A stretch of 64,000 nucleotides of DNA from Octopus sinensis (GCF_006345805.1 NC_043007.1:33790001-33854000), one strand, 5' to 3'; numbered from the stretch's first letter, positions 39,830 to 52,859 are shown. Notes: generated from the sequence alone by a model not told the origin. Program-made: numbers and translations.

Positions 39830-41220
39830 AGAGGCAAAAAGGCTGAAATGTTGGTAGGATGAGTAAGTCAATTAAATCGACCACAATGTTCAACTGGTAC
39901 TTGTTTTATCGATCTCGTCCGGATGAACGGTGAAGTCGACCTTGGCAGAATTTGAACTCGCTATCCGGCGTGCTAATGATTCCGCCAGCTCACTTCTTTA
40001 ATGGCTGTAATAATAATTTCAAGTTTTTGCTACAAGGTCAGCTTGGGGGAGGGGATTAAGTCGATGACATCGACCCCAGGGTATAACTGATATATATTAA
40101 ATCGATTCCGAAAGGATGAAAGCCAAAGTCGACTTCAGCGGAATTTGAACTCAGAACGTAACGGCGGACGAAATACCTATTTCTTTACTGTCCACAAGGG
40201 GCTAAACACAGAGAGGACAAACAAGGACAGACAAACGAATTAAGTCGATCATATCGACCCCAGTGCGTAACTGGTACTTATCTAATCGACCCCGAAAGGA
40301 TGGAAGGCAAAGTCGACCTCGGCGGAATTTGAACTCAGAACTTAACAGCAGACGAAATACCTATTTCTTTATTACCCACAAGGGGCTAAACACAGAGGGA
40401 ACAAGCAAGGACAGACATAGGTATTAAGTCGATTACATCGACCCCAGTTCGTAACTGGTACTTAATTTATCGACCCCGAAAGGATGAAAGGCAAAGTCGA
40501 CCTCGGCCGAATTTGAACTCAGAACGTAACAGCAGACGAAATACCTATTTCTTTATTACCCACAAGGGGCTAAACACAGAGGGAACAAACAAGGACATAC
40601 ATAGGTATTAAGTCGATTACATCGACCCCAGTTCGTAACTGGTACTTGATTTATCGACCCCGAAAGGATGAAAGGCAAAGTCGACCTCGGCGGAATTTGA
40701 ACTCAGAACGTAACAGCAGACGAAATACCGCTAAGCGTTTCGCCCGGCGTGCTAACAATTCTTTGTCTACACCATGCACAAGGCCCGAAATCTTTGACTG
40801 GTGAGGGGACCAGTCGAGTAGATCGACCCCAGTCGCATCTGTACTTAATTTATCGACCCCGAAAGGATGAAAAGCAAAGTCGACCTCGGCGGAATTTGAA
40901 CTCAGAACGTGAAGGCAGACGAAATACTGCTAACCATTTTGCCCGGCGTGCTAACGTTTCTGGCCGATCGTTGCATTAATATTCTTTTCTATTCTAGGCA
41001 CAAGACCCGAAATTTTGGGGTAGAGGGAGCAGTCGATTAGATCGACCACGGATTAAGTCGATTACACTGACCCCAGTGCGTAACTGGTACTTATTTAATC
41101 GACCCCGAAAAGATGAAAGGCAAAGTCGACCTCAGCAGAATTTGAACTCACAACGTTGCGCCAGACAAAATACCGCTAAGCATTTCGCCCGGCACGCTAA
41201 CGTTTCTGCCGGCCCGCCGC
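39830..41220 (-). mobile_element. Tandem array of the Meta-like SINE (about 7 units, including degenerate ones)
   Basis: Junctions GAAATACCTATTTC at 40170, 40354 and 40538 (184-bp period). Complete heads near 40745, 40950 and 41215. Confidence 0.85.
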
Positions 41221-41934
41221 CTTCCTAATGGCTGTAATAATGATGATAAATGTTTCGAATTTCTGGCAGAAAAAGCCAGTAATGTTAGGGAAATAAGCGG
41301 GGTGAGTATGTTTATAACTCTGATCTCAGTATTTGATGCCGAAAGGAAGAAAGGTAATGGTGACCTGGGCGGAATTTGAACACAAGTTATAAAGCGGGAA
41401 GGAATGCTACTTTGCACGTTGTCCAGTTTGCTAACGATTCTGCCAGCTGAGTTCTTTTTAATTTGGGTACAAGGCAACACATTTTTAGGAAGTAGGCCAG
41501 CCGATTGCATCGACTCCCCCACCACTTACTCACAAAACTAGATTAGTACTACATTTTATGGACATTGAAAGCATAAAATCTAAAATTGACTCCTGACCAA
41601 TTAGAGCTCAGAACGTAAAACGTGGGAAGAAATGACGTTCTAATGATGCTGTCATTTTGCAGAATAATTGTTTGTAGTATAAGCATAAAGCCTCACATTT
41701 TATTGGGAGAGAGCGTTAGTTGATTAAGTCGATTGCAATACGTGACAGCTGCCATCTTTTATCGAGCATGAAGGGATGAGAGAAGACAAAGTTGACCACG
41801 GAATCATCTTACAAGCATTATTTGGGACTACCAAGCCCTCAGAAACAGCTGTTGGATTCGTAAAATTCCTACTCAACCCCCTTAATTCCAGATATCATTG
41901 ATATTCTGTGTAAGTCGGACTTTATACATATCTC

Positions 41935-42145
41935 TCTCTTTCTCTCTTTTACTTATTTCAGTCATTTGACTGCGGCCATGCTGGAACACCGCCTTTAGTC
42001 GAGCAAATCGACCCCGGGACTTATTCTTTGTAAGCCCAGTACTTATTCTATCAGTCGTCTCTTTTGCCGAACCGCTAAGTAACGGGAACATAAACACACC
42101 AGTAATGTGTTTATGCTAGGGAGACAAACACAGACACACAAACAT

Positions 42146-42176
<31 letters not shown>

Positions 42177-42325
42177 CATATATACGACAGGCTTCTTTCA
42201 GTTTCCGTCTACCAAATCCACTCACAAGGCATTGGTCGGCCCGGGGATATAGCAGAAGACACTTGCCCAAGATGCCACGCAGTGGGACTGAACCCGGAAC
42301 CATGTGGTTGGTTAGCAAGCTACTT
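41935..42325 (-). mobile_element. tRNA-derived SINE with an internal microsatellite, 3' part; split by the insertion at 42326-44586
   Basis: Matches 62222-62636 up to GTTAGCAAGCTACTT. The rest of the head (ACCACACAGCCACTCC) resumes at 44602. Confidence 0.88.
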
Positions 42326-44586
42326 TATTTCAAAACATTTGCCATAAAGGCAGTACACAGATTAAGTTAGCTTTGCGGGCTGGACGAGGACATTAATGAG
42401 GTGAATGATAATGAAAGAAAGATGATAAGGATGGGAGAAGACAAAAAGCGCCCGCCGACTTTCGCTTCTCTAAAACATTGTTCTTTTTAAAGATAAACAG
42501 AAAACGAGGTATTAAACCTCTTACAATTTTTCCACTTTTGGACTTAGCAGTCCATTATTAATACAAAACGAGGTATTAATCCTCTTACAATTTTTCAATT
42601 TTTGGACTTAAGTCCATTACTAATAATAACAGTTCAATAATTACATATCGTCCTCGAAATAGCTTGTGCCCGCGCCCTCCACCATCAACCACGCCTCCCT
42701 CAGAACGTAATCAAGTTCCGAGTTCGCGTCGCCCGGGACCAAGTTATAATCTTCATTGAGCTCCTTTAGCCCAAGCGTCACGTCGAACGCCACGGCCTCC
42801 ACAGCTACCTGCGGAGGCCATTCGGGGTCCTGTGTGAAGGCTAAAGGTTCTCCCTTGTAGTGCTCTTCCATCACTTTTTCAATTTCTCCTCCTCTATAGA
42901 AGAGGACCAATACGCTCAGTTCTTTCGTTGGCGGCACAGTTCCCGCCAACGGTATTCCTTCTCCTGTCGGTGGCACAACCCCAACCGACGTAGTTCCGGG
43001 ACATTCCGGTGTTACACTGACAGCCGGTAATGTCCCGTTTTTCTTCCTCTTTTTCTTTTTTTTCCCTTTTCAACTGAGGGAGGGTGCGTCTCCTCCGTGG
43101 CTGGAAAATTCGCCTTCCTCTCCTCATCACTATTATCCTTTGGTGAGCACCCATTGTTGCTCACCTTCCTCTTTCGGCCTCTGTTTGAGGAGTCCTCTGC
43201 TTTCTCGGCCGTTATCGTTCCCTCTTCTAGAGGGGTTTTATTTAACTGTTCCGGGATCCTATTTTGTTCCCGAGGACAGTTCTTCTTTATGTGGCCGGTC
43301 TCCAAGCACCGATGACACTTAGGGGGGCGACCCTCAAGCATCACCGGGTACCTGCACCCGGCCATTTTCAAAAAATCTGGAAGAACCAGATTGGCTGAAT
43401 GGGTCCACAGGGTCAAGATTGCTTTTGACCCAACCCAAGCAGCCGCAGGAAGAACTTTTACATTGAGGAGCTTAGTTTCGCTGTCACCCAGACCCCGGCG
43501 GATAGTCTCCTTTATCCACTCGGGTTCTATGTCGGGTGGCAGTCCGCAAATCCAAGCTTTCATCAATTTCTTTTTTTTGTACGTGGGCAGGAATAAGATT
43601 TCCTTACCCTCCAGGGGTTTGCTAGCAAATTTGCAAGCCTCTTCAGGGGTGTCAAATAGCAACCACACCGTTGCATATTTGACACCCCTGGAAATGAATT
43701 TAATTGTTGGCAAATACTCTTCCAACTCCTTTTCAATTGCCGTCTTTTCGAATAGGGCGATGGTGTCGAGTGCCTTGGAGTAGGTTCTCAACACCACCAT
43801 CCTATCTTCACGGTCTTTTAACCACTTTTTAGGTGGTATGATTTCCCACTCCAAAATTTTGTTATTTTTCATTGCCATGTTTTTTTTTAAATATATTCAA
43901 ATTAAACTCAAAAAGCAGGAAGAAAAAAGTTCAAAAGTCCAAATAAAATTTGATAGATTTTTGAAAAAACAAAAAGGAGAAAGCACAACAGAAGGGAAGA
44001 AATTAACGGAAAGTCGCAATAAAGAAAAAAAACAAAAGGGGGGGGGGGTTAAATGAAGTTCAAAAGAAAGTTAATAAACAGAAAAAACACAGCAAAAATA
44101 TTCTGGCCTTGCGGTACTCCCGGCCTGGGTTGAACCTGGAACGCCGCAACTGCAACACAACCTCCACAAAAATGGGTCCGAAAGGTAATCCAATAGTGGC
44201 TTATTTTTATAATTTTCTTGCGAAGTACTCTGACAAGGGAATAAATTCAACAAACCCAAACACAGCACTGGCTACCGCCAACGGTAATTTTAACAGTAAC
44301 TGTATTGAATTCTGAGGATAGGCCCCTCCACTGTTTTTTCTTTTTTTGTTTTTTTCAATGAACACAAAAACGACAGCCGCCGAGAGCAGGCGATATTGTC
44401 TCAGAGTTGGACACAACTTACTGAAATAATAATTGACACGCAATAAATTATGCCCAACTCACAATAAACAAAATCACTTACCTCGACAACTTTCCGTTTT
44501 TGGTCTTTTTTCTTTAATTGGACGGAGCTGGTTGACTCGCGTCCACTCTGGCTGAACAGGAAGTAACTGACTAACTGCGCATGTGC
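42326..44586 (-). mobile_element. ORF1-only (non-autonomous) L1/Tx1-like retroelement, 2261 bp, with a 15-bp TSD
   Basis: TSD GTTAGCAAGCTACTT at 42311-42325 and 44587-44601. About 700-nt 5' UTR, a gag-like ORF, about 315-nt 3' UTR; no RT or endonuclease. Confidence 0.8.
42641..43878 (-). pseudogene. L1/Tx1-type ORF1 protein with a CCHC zinc knuckle; one frameshift
   Basis: ORF 43012-43878 has an RRM-like region followed by YPVMLEGRPPKCHRCLETGHIKKNCP (C-x2-C-x4-H-x4-C). A frameshift in the A-rich tract at about 43045-43075 links it to ORF 42641-42976. Confidence 0.75.
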
Positions 44587-44764
44587 GTTAGCAAGCTACT
44601 TACCACACAGCCACTCCTATTTACGTTTTTTGCTTTAAATGTATTTAATATTCTTTTCATAACGACTTGCCTCGCTTGTTCCTACATTTACTTCTCTACC
44701 AGCGCAAGTTCCTATTTCTTGAGCACTACGAAGTGCATACTATACTGAGAACACCTTTCTCTAA

Positions 44765-44829
<65 letters not shown>

Positions 44830-44856
44830 ATCTATATACATACATACATACATACA

Positions 44857-44892
<36 letters not shown>

Positions 44893-45110
44893 TAGGTATT
44901 TAAATAGACAAATGAATTATCTTATTACGGATAATTCGAAAGATAACCGATACCTGGGTAGCAAACTCACAACAGAAAAAGCTGCATAATGGACTCCTTA
45001 TTCATTCGGAATTAGGGATTTTGCAGACTTCGAAACAAATGTCGAAAATAAAATAAAGGAATTTTGTTAAATCTTCGTTCAGCTCCATTCTTTCCTATAC
45101 TTAATATATA

Positions 45111-45182
<72 letters not shown>

Positions 45183-45191
45183 TATAAAATT

Positions 45192-45223
<32 letters not shown>

Positions 45224-45317
45224 GTTTAATTAAATGTTAGAAACCTCCTGAAGGGATAATAAAATGCATTTAATATTCCACTGTAAGGTAATTGGATAAA
45301 CCGGTGTTTATATTTTA

Positions 45318-45755
<438 letters not shown>

Positions 45756-45777
45756 CATCTATCTATTTGTCTGTCTA

Positions 45778-45811
<34 letters not shown>

Positions 45812-45848
45812 GGTGTGTGTCGGTGTGTGTGTGTATGCATGTGTGCGT

Positions 45849-46020
45849 GTGACAATTAGTTGGTTGTCATAATAAAACTGATAGTTACGGATGCCGGGGC
45901 TGAGGCCTGCTCCGGCATTTCATCTGTTGTTTGTCTTAATAACTGATGAGATGCCGGAGCAGGTTTCAGCCCCGGCATCCGAAAATCTGAGTTTCATTAT
46001 GTCAACCAGCTAATTGTCAC
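45849..46020. mobile_element. 172-bp near-perfect hairpin element with HHR-like cores
   Basis: Arms of about 80 bp and a loop of about 12 nt. Plus arm: CTGATGA-G-ATGCCGG-(14 nt)-CCGGCAT-CC-GAAA (45943-45984). Confidence 0.65.
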
Positions 46021-46907
46021 ATATTTATAGATAAATTCCTCTGTTTACATAACATCGAGATCTCATTCATTACCATTAATATACATACATACACACACAT
46101 ACACACACACACACATATATATATATACACATATATATCTTTATATATATATATATGTACATGTATATTTAGATATATACATATATATGTGTATGTATAT
46201 ATATATATATATATATCTTTATACGTATATGTACATGTATATTTAAATATATACATACATATGTATATCTACACATATATTTACATATATATGCATTTTT
46301 ATACATATACTCATGCATATATACGTATACACACGTACACACACAAACTCTCTCTCTCTCTCTCACATACATATGTATACATACATTTACATATGTGTAT
46401 ATATTATATTATTAATTCAATAGTTACATTAAGAAAATAGTTGCATTTCTTAGAAAAAAAATAACCAGTAAATACCTTGCAGTAACGGAAGGTATTCAGT
46501 TCTAGTTTAATGCTCAACTGCACATCTTGAAAGGAAATGGTAATTTTAACGAACACTATGTTTAAACAACTAAGACATCAACTGTATATTATTTTCATGT
46601 TTCTTGTATAAGAATTACAACAGAGAAAACATGAATAAAATATCGTTTTCATCATCAGTACCAAACTGATGCGTTGGGAAGTAATTAACAGATATAATTT
46701 GAACTGTGATACATCCTAATGAAAACATCCAGTCTTCGGCAGTCTGATAGTGTGATTTATGAATTATCATATGTATATAATAAAATAATATTTTGTCTGA
46801 ATCTACAATCGTTGCTAGAATTTATTTATTTATTTTTTTGATTTGAAGGTTCGACAGGATGAGTTTTCCACCAGAAATAGCAGCCAGATCTGCATTAAGA
46901 TACAGGA

Positions 46908-47327
46908 TACTCTTTTACTCTTTTACTTGTTTCAGTCATTTGACTGTGGCCATGCTGGAGCACCGCCTTTAGTCGATCAAATCGACCACTGGACTTATTC
47001 TTTGTAAGCCTAGTACTTATTCTATCGGTCATCTTTTGCCGAACCGCTAAGTTACGGCGACGCAAACACACCAGTATCGGTTGTCAAGTGATGTTGGTGA
47101 CAAACACGGACACGCAAACATACACACACACACACACTCAGATACACACATATATGCATATATTTTACGGGCTTCTTTCAGTTTCCATCTACCAAATCCA
47201 ATCACAAGGCTTTGGTCGGCCCGAAGCTATAGCAGAAGTCACTTACCCAAGGTGCCACGCAATTGGACTGAACCCGGAACCATGTGGTTCGCAAGCAACC
47301 TACATACCACACAGCCACTCCTACGCC
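46908..47327 (-). mobile_element. tRNA-derived SINE with an internal microsatellite, full length
   Basis: Same family as 62222-62636. Confidence 0.88.
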
Positions 47328-47499
47328 TATTTAAATACTGTTTGAATGTTGGGGAGAAGTGGGTTCGTATGTACAAATCGTTTGAAAAAAATGTTGGTCA
47401 TAGGCAGAATATACTTTTCCTCATAAGTAAATTCCACCAGGAGCCAAGAACGTAATGAGATGAAGAACAGTGTCAAGAAAAAAAACTAAACATCAGCAG

Positions 47500-47645
47500 T
47501 ACCATCACAAACATCATCGTCGTCGTCGTCGTCATCATCATCCTCTCCGTCATCATAATCATCATTATCATCAATTATCATAATCATCATAATCATCAAT
47601 TATCGTCATCATTATAATCATCATCATCATCATCTTCATCATCAC

Positions 47646-47722
<77 letters not shown>

Positions 47723-47820
47723 CCATCATCATTATCTCCGTCATCATCTGCATATCATCATGGTCTCTATCATCTGCATATCATCATTATCTCCATCATT
47801 ATCATCATCATCATCATTAA
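47500..47820. repeat. (CAT)n microsatellite
   Basis: Read directly from the sequence. Confidence 0.95.
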
Positions 47821-48328
47821 AAGCAGAAGAAATATTAAAATAATAAACACCGAGTAGGCGTGTTGTTTTATACACGACGTTTTATTTTTACAGTTCACTT
47901 CATATTTCAAAGTTTTCCAGTTCAAGATTATAAGAAATTCGGTGAAGCTGAAATATTATTAAAAAACAAAAAAAATTGTAAAAATTTATTAAATGGCTTT
48001 CATTAATTTACACCTTCTTGTGCATACATGCATACGTACATACATGCCCACTCGCGTGCGTGTACACAAGCAGACATATCGTTTAAGTCGTCCATGCGTT
48101 CGTTCTTTCGTTTGTTCTTTGAGGAAACCTGGTTTGAAATTCCCTTTCCATTCTTTCGTGGTGGTATCCCGATGATCTGAAAAGTATGGTCCCTTGCTGA
48201 AGTATTTCTAAGCCTACCGTCGTCATTTGTGAGTGTGTGAGTGTATGTGTGTGTATTGTGTGTGTGTGTGTGTGTGTAAATTGTTATTTCTAAACCTTTG
48301 AGCGAGAAACATCCAGTAACAATACTCT

Positions 48329-48563
48329 AGAGTAGAGATTATTTGCCAACATAATGTGACAGTCCTGGTTAGGACGAATTTTACTGCTATTTAGCCCCAG
48401 AAAATATCGTCGCCAGCTGGCTACCTAAGCCCTATCTTCCCCCTTATTCGACGCCGATAGTGTATTGATAACAAGATCGAGACGACGTTTCCTGGGGCTA
48501 AATAACAGTAACATTCGTCCTAACCAAGACTGCCAGATTATGTTGGCAAATAATCTTTACTCT
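48329..48563. mobile_element. MITE-like element of about 235 bp with inverted arms of about 85 bp
   Basis: AGAGTAGAGATTATTTGCCAACATAAT...TTTAGCCCCAG and its reverse complement at 48480-48563. A related single arm lies at about 60690-60790. Confidence 0.75.
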
Positions 48564-49479
48564 CTCTCCCCTCCCCCCATACCTCTCATCGGATCTCCAG
48601 GAATCAAACTTTCTTCAATACGGATAACCTCACACCCTCATTTTTATCTTCACTCTCTGGAAAAAACTTTTTAATAACCTGATATATGACTGTGTAATAC
48701 TAATTGAACTCTTAGAAACCAATATGTTATCTAAATTCTCATTTTTATAGAATTTTCCATGATGTTTCATAAGTGTAACATTACCCCCTTTGATGTTTGG
48801 GAATCTCGGATGTTTTTTCGGCTGTTGTGTACGAGCCACCTATATTTACTGCAATTTTTGTAGCTTTATTAAAGATGTCCTCGTACGAAGCAATTGTACC
48901 GATATATTGATCCATTCTTGTTGCTTTTTTCCTATTTGTAATCACCCCACTTTGTCGTATGGTTAACACCATATAGATTTCCGGTGCATCCTAGTTAAGG
49001 ACCATAATTCATGTGAATTCATTGGAACTCACTTGAATCTAAATTGCTTAAACCGTATCAGACCTTATACCCCACTTGACCTGTCCCTTTCCCTCTCTTG
49101 CTTCTCTCTTCATCTGTCCCTTTCTCCTTTTTGTGCTCACGTGACCAGCCAGCTACTACTGCCTTTTCGCATCAAGTAGTTAGTGTGACAACACGTATTT
49201 GTTTGTGCTCCGTTTGCCTTCAGGCACTTGTTCCACAGCCAGCCTATACTCTCCTCGTCCTGTCGAAAGACGCTTGTCCTGACGTCCTGGTTTTGTTATT
49301 ATTGTTTTTACGTTATTTTGTATTCTTATCCGTGCTATCGTTATTGTTTTTACGTATTTTTGAATGTTTTTCGAGTAACATCGTCCGTTTTTCCGTCACC
49401 GTGTTGTATACTTTCGAGGTTTTCTTCCAAGGAATCTAATGCGATTGGCTTAGATTTCCCTTGGTGGGCTGCCCAGATT

Positions 49480-49620
49480 GGAGCAATCTCAAGATTAATC
49501 AGCCGAAATTGCGAAGATGATCTGGTTCTTGACTGATGACTGAGAGCTTCGAAAGTCCCGTCTGTGTGTTTTTTTGTCGTCTTCAAAATGTTTCACGTTC
49601 TTGTCCCAGTTTGTGTTGTT
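49480..49620 (+). repeat. Segment of about 135 bp shared (inverted) with 55705-55840; contains HHR-like CTGATGA..CGAAA
   Basis: TCAAGATTAATCAGCCGAAATTGC..GATGATC.GGTTCTTGACTGA.GA...GCTTCGAA.GTCCCGTC is present in both copies. Confidence 0.7.
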
Positions 49621-49643
49621 TTTTTTTGTTTTTTTTAACGTTT

Positions 49644-49685
<42 letters not shown>

Positions 49686-49692
49686 GCATATA

Positions 49693-49920
49693 TCTTTTAC
49701 TCTCTTACTTGTTTCAGTCATTTGACTGCGGCCACGTTGGAGCACCGCCTTTAGTCGAGCAAATCGATCCCAGGACTTATTCTTTGTAAGCCTAGTGCTT
49801 ATTCTATTGGTCCCTTTTGCCGAACTGCGAAGTTACTGGGACGTAAACACACCAGCATCGGTTGTCAAGCGATGCTGGGGGGACAAACACAGACACACAA
49901 ACATACACACACACACACAT

Positions 49921-49968
<48 letters not shown>

Positions 49969-50135
49969 AGATACGACGGGCTTCTTTCAGTTTCCGTCTA
50001 CCAAATCAACTCACAAGACTTTGGTTAGCCTCAGGCTTTAGTAGAAGACACTTGGCTAAGGTGTCACGAGGTGGGACACTGAACCCAGAACCATGTGGTT
50101 GATAAGCAAGCTACTTACCACACACCCACTCCTAC
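49693..50135 (-). mobile_element. tRNA-derived SINE with an internal microsatellite
   Basis: Same family as 62222-62636. Further split pieces at about 50310-50480 and 50885-51035. Confidence 0.85.
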
Positions 50136-50515
50136 ACATATATAGCACGTGGTTTCGAGTTTAATCCCACAGGGTAGTACCTTGAGCATTTCGTCTACTA
50201 TAGATTCAGGACGACAGAATCCTTGTTAATCGGTTTGGGAGAGGGAAACTGAAAGAAGTCCATCGTATATATATTTTGCCTTTTTTTTCTTGTACCCCTT
50301 TCCGTTATTAGACTATGGTCATGCTGGAGCAACGACTTGAAGAAATTTTAGTCGTATGAATTGACCCCAGTACCTTTTTGTCTAAGCCAGGTACTTATTC
50401 TATTGAACTCTTTTTGCCGAACCGCTAGACGGGGACGTAATGCATATCATCACCGGTTGTCAAACAGACATAAATGGAGACAGACACAGGCACACATGGA
50501 TGCATATATATATAT

Positions 50516-50568
<53 letters not shown>

Positions 50569-50570
<2 letters not shown>

Positions 50571-50859
50571 CACGTGATCACGTGACCGACCAGTCCATCA
50601 GATGTAGTTACACATCGCTGGTCACAATGCGTTCGCATTGTTTTAGCCTTCGAATGACGCCACCCCGCTGGCTAAGCGAGCAGGCCAATAGAAGAAAGAG
50701 TGGGAGAAAGAGTGGTGAAAAAGTACAGCAGGGATCACTACCCCCTGCTGGAGCCTCGTGGAGCTTTTAGGTGTTTTCGCTCAATAAACACTCACAACGC
50801 CTGGTCTGGGAATCGAGACCGCGAGTCCGCTGCCCTAACCACTGGGCCATTGAGCCTCC
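50569..50859 (-). mobile_element. tRNA-derived SINE, tail type 2
   Basis: Same head and central block as 30256-30647, but a different tail ending GGTCACGTGATCACGTGAT. Confidence 0.85.
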
Positions 50860-52227
50860 ATATATATATATATATATATATATATACGATGAGCTTCTTT
50901 CAGCTTCCATCTACCAAATCTATTCACAAGGCTCTGGTCGACCCGAGGCTACGGTAGAAGACACCTGCCCAAGGTCCCACGCAATGGGACTGAACTCGGA
51001 ACTATGTTGTTCTTACCACACATCCACACCTGCGCCTGTGTGTGTGTGTGTACAGTAATAACTTTAAGTCGTGGGATATTGAAAGCATAGCCATGTTTTG
51101 TACATCCTAGGTTTCATCCCTTGTTATGAGAGCTAGCTTTCTGAAGCTTACTCTCAAATTTGTTGTCATCCTTCTCAGGGCCCCGATTAATAATTGTTTG
51201 TATCATAATCCCGTTATTTCTTTCGCCATGTTTGCTTTCGCCTTAGAATGAAATGAGAATGCTTGTTCCTATCCTCAGCCACAATATTCCTCATGCTGTT
51301 TCATATTCACATTTTGGCTCGTATGAGAAAGTCCCATAACAGCCTCACTTTATCATACTTGATTCATTTAATTTCTGTTCCCCGTAGTCTTATGTGAATA
51401 ATACGCTAAACCTATTATAAAGAAATTAATTATTGCAACAATTTTACTATATGTATACATCATGCCCTCATATTGATTTGACCTTGAGCATTCTCGTATA
51501 ATGTGATTATAGACTCGTGTTTCGTCACACGGGAATTGAGCAAAGCTACCTCATAAGCAGAATGTGAAATTGCATAAAAATTTAATCAAATATAGTTATT
51601 TAGTGTTTTCTTTAATATGTTCGTGTACATTCAGATACGGGAAAGCAATACGAGACAATACGTAGCACAAGTTGTCTCAAGAGAAGAAATTCTCCTTATA
51701 AATAGTGTGGACGGGAACACACCACAAGGCTATGGGTGACGTCTTCGGATCGTATTACGTATGCGTTTCTGCGCCGTTAGGCTTCATAATATGTGACGTC
51801 ATTCATAGCCTAGTGATTTGTTTACACCCATACTGCCTATGAGGAGAATATTTTCTCTCGAGACATCTTGTACAGCGTATTGTCTTTCCATATCCGAATG
51901 TACACGAACGTGTTTAATAAGACTGTATATAACTATGCCCCATTCAACACTGCCTAGGAAACCTTTAATTGATAAAAATTGATTACGAAGGAAAATAAAT
52001 ATCAGAAACAAACTTATAATGCAACAGTTATTGAAGATTGCTGATAATAATAGCACGTAATATTAAGAAGCGTTCCATCATTGAAAATCCATTCCCTGAA
52101 TCGGCTACGTTTTGTTATACAAGTATCTGATGGGATGGCCACGGAGATCAGCAAGACACAGCTCACCTTGAAGCTCCTACGTACAAGGATACACAGAAGT
52201 ATTACAGAGTATCACCGCATTGGTTAT

Positions 52228-52633
52228 GAGCTGGCAGAACCGTTAGCACGCCGGGCGAAATACTTAGCGGTATTTCGCTTGCCGCTACGTTCTGAGTTCA
52301 AATTCCGCCGAGGTAGACTTTGCCTTTCATCCTTTCAGGGTTGATTAAATAAGTACCAGTTACGCACTGGGGTCGACGTAATCGACTTAATACCTATGTC
52401 TGTCCTTGTTTGTCCCCTCTGTGTTTAGCCCCTTGTGGGTAATAAAGAAATAGGTATTTCGTTTGCCGCTACGTTCTGAGTTCAAATTCCGCCGAGGTCG
52501 ACTTTGCCTTTCATCCTTTCGGGGTCGATAAATTAAGTACCAGTTACGCACTGGGGTCGATATAATCGACTTACTCCGTTTGTCTGTCCTTGTTTGTTTT
52601 CTCTGTTTAGCCCCTAGTGGGAGGTAAAGAAAT
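52228..52633 (+). mobile_element. Meta-like SINE dimer
   Basis: A complete head followed by a second unit that starts at the GAAATA|GGTATTTC junction (52447-52460). Confidence 0.88.
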
Positions 52634-52794
52634 AGGTTATTGAATATAACTCATACACATTATTCCGGCCGAGTGTAATGAATAGCCTGTGCGAAACCGA
52701 CGGTAACAGCCTGATCAGTTACAAAGCTATATCACTATACTACTTGAGGCAATGCACAAAACTTTCGGCCCTGGTGTCACTCTGTTACTTCTGT

Positions 52795-52828
52795 CGATTC
52801 ATACATACATACATACATACATACATGC

Positions 52829-52859
<31 letters not shown>

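Noticed and set aside
48781-48972. QYIG in a short minus-strand ORF as a GIY-YIG endonuclease
   Set aside because: No upstream GIY/VY motif and no downstream R/H/E/N motifs. A three-residue match is expected by chance.
51735-51805. Two CRE-like TGACGTC motifs as a promoter
   Set aside because: Short motifs with no associated gene or transcription start evidence.
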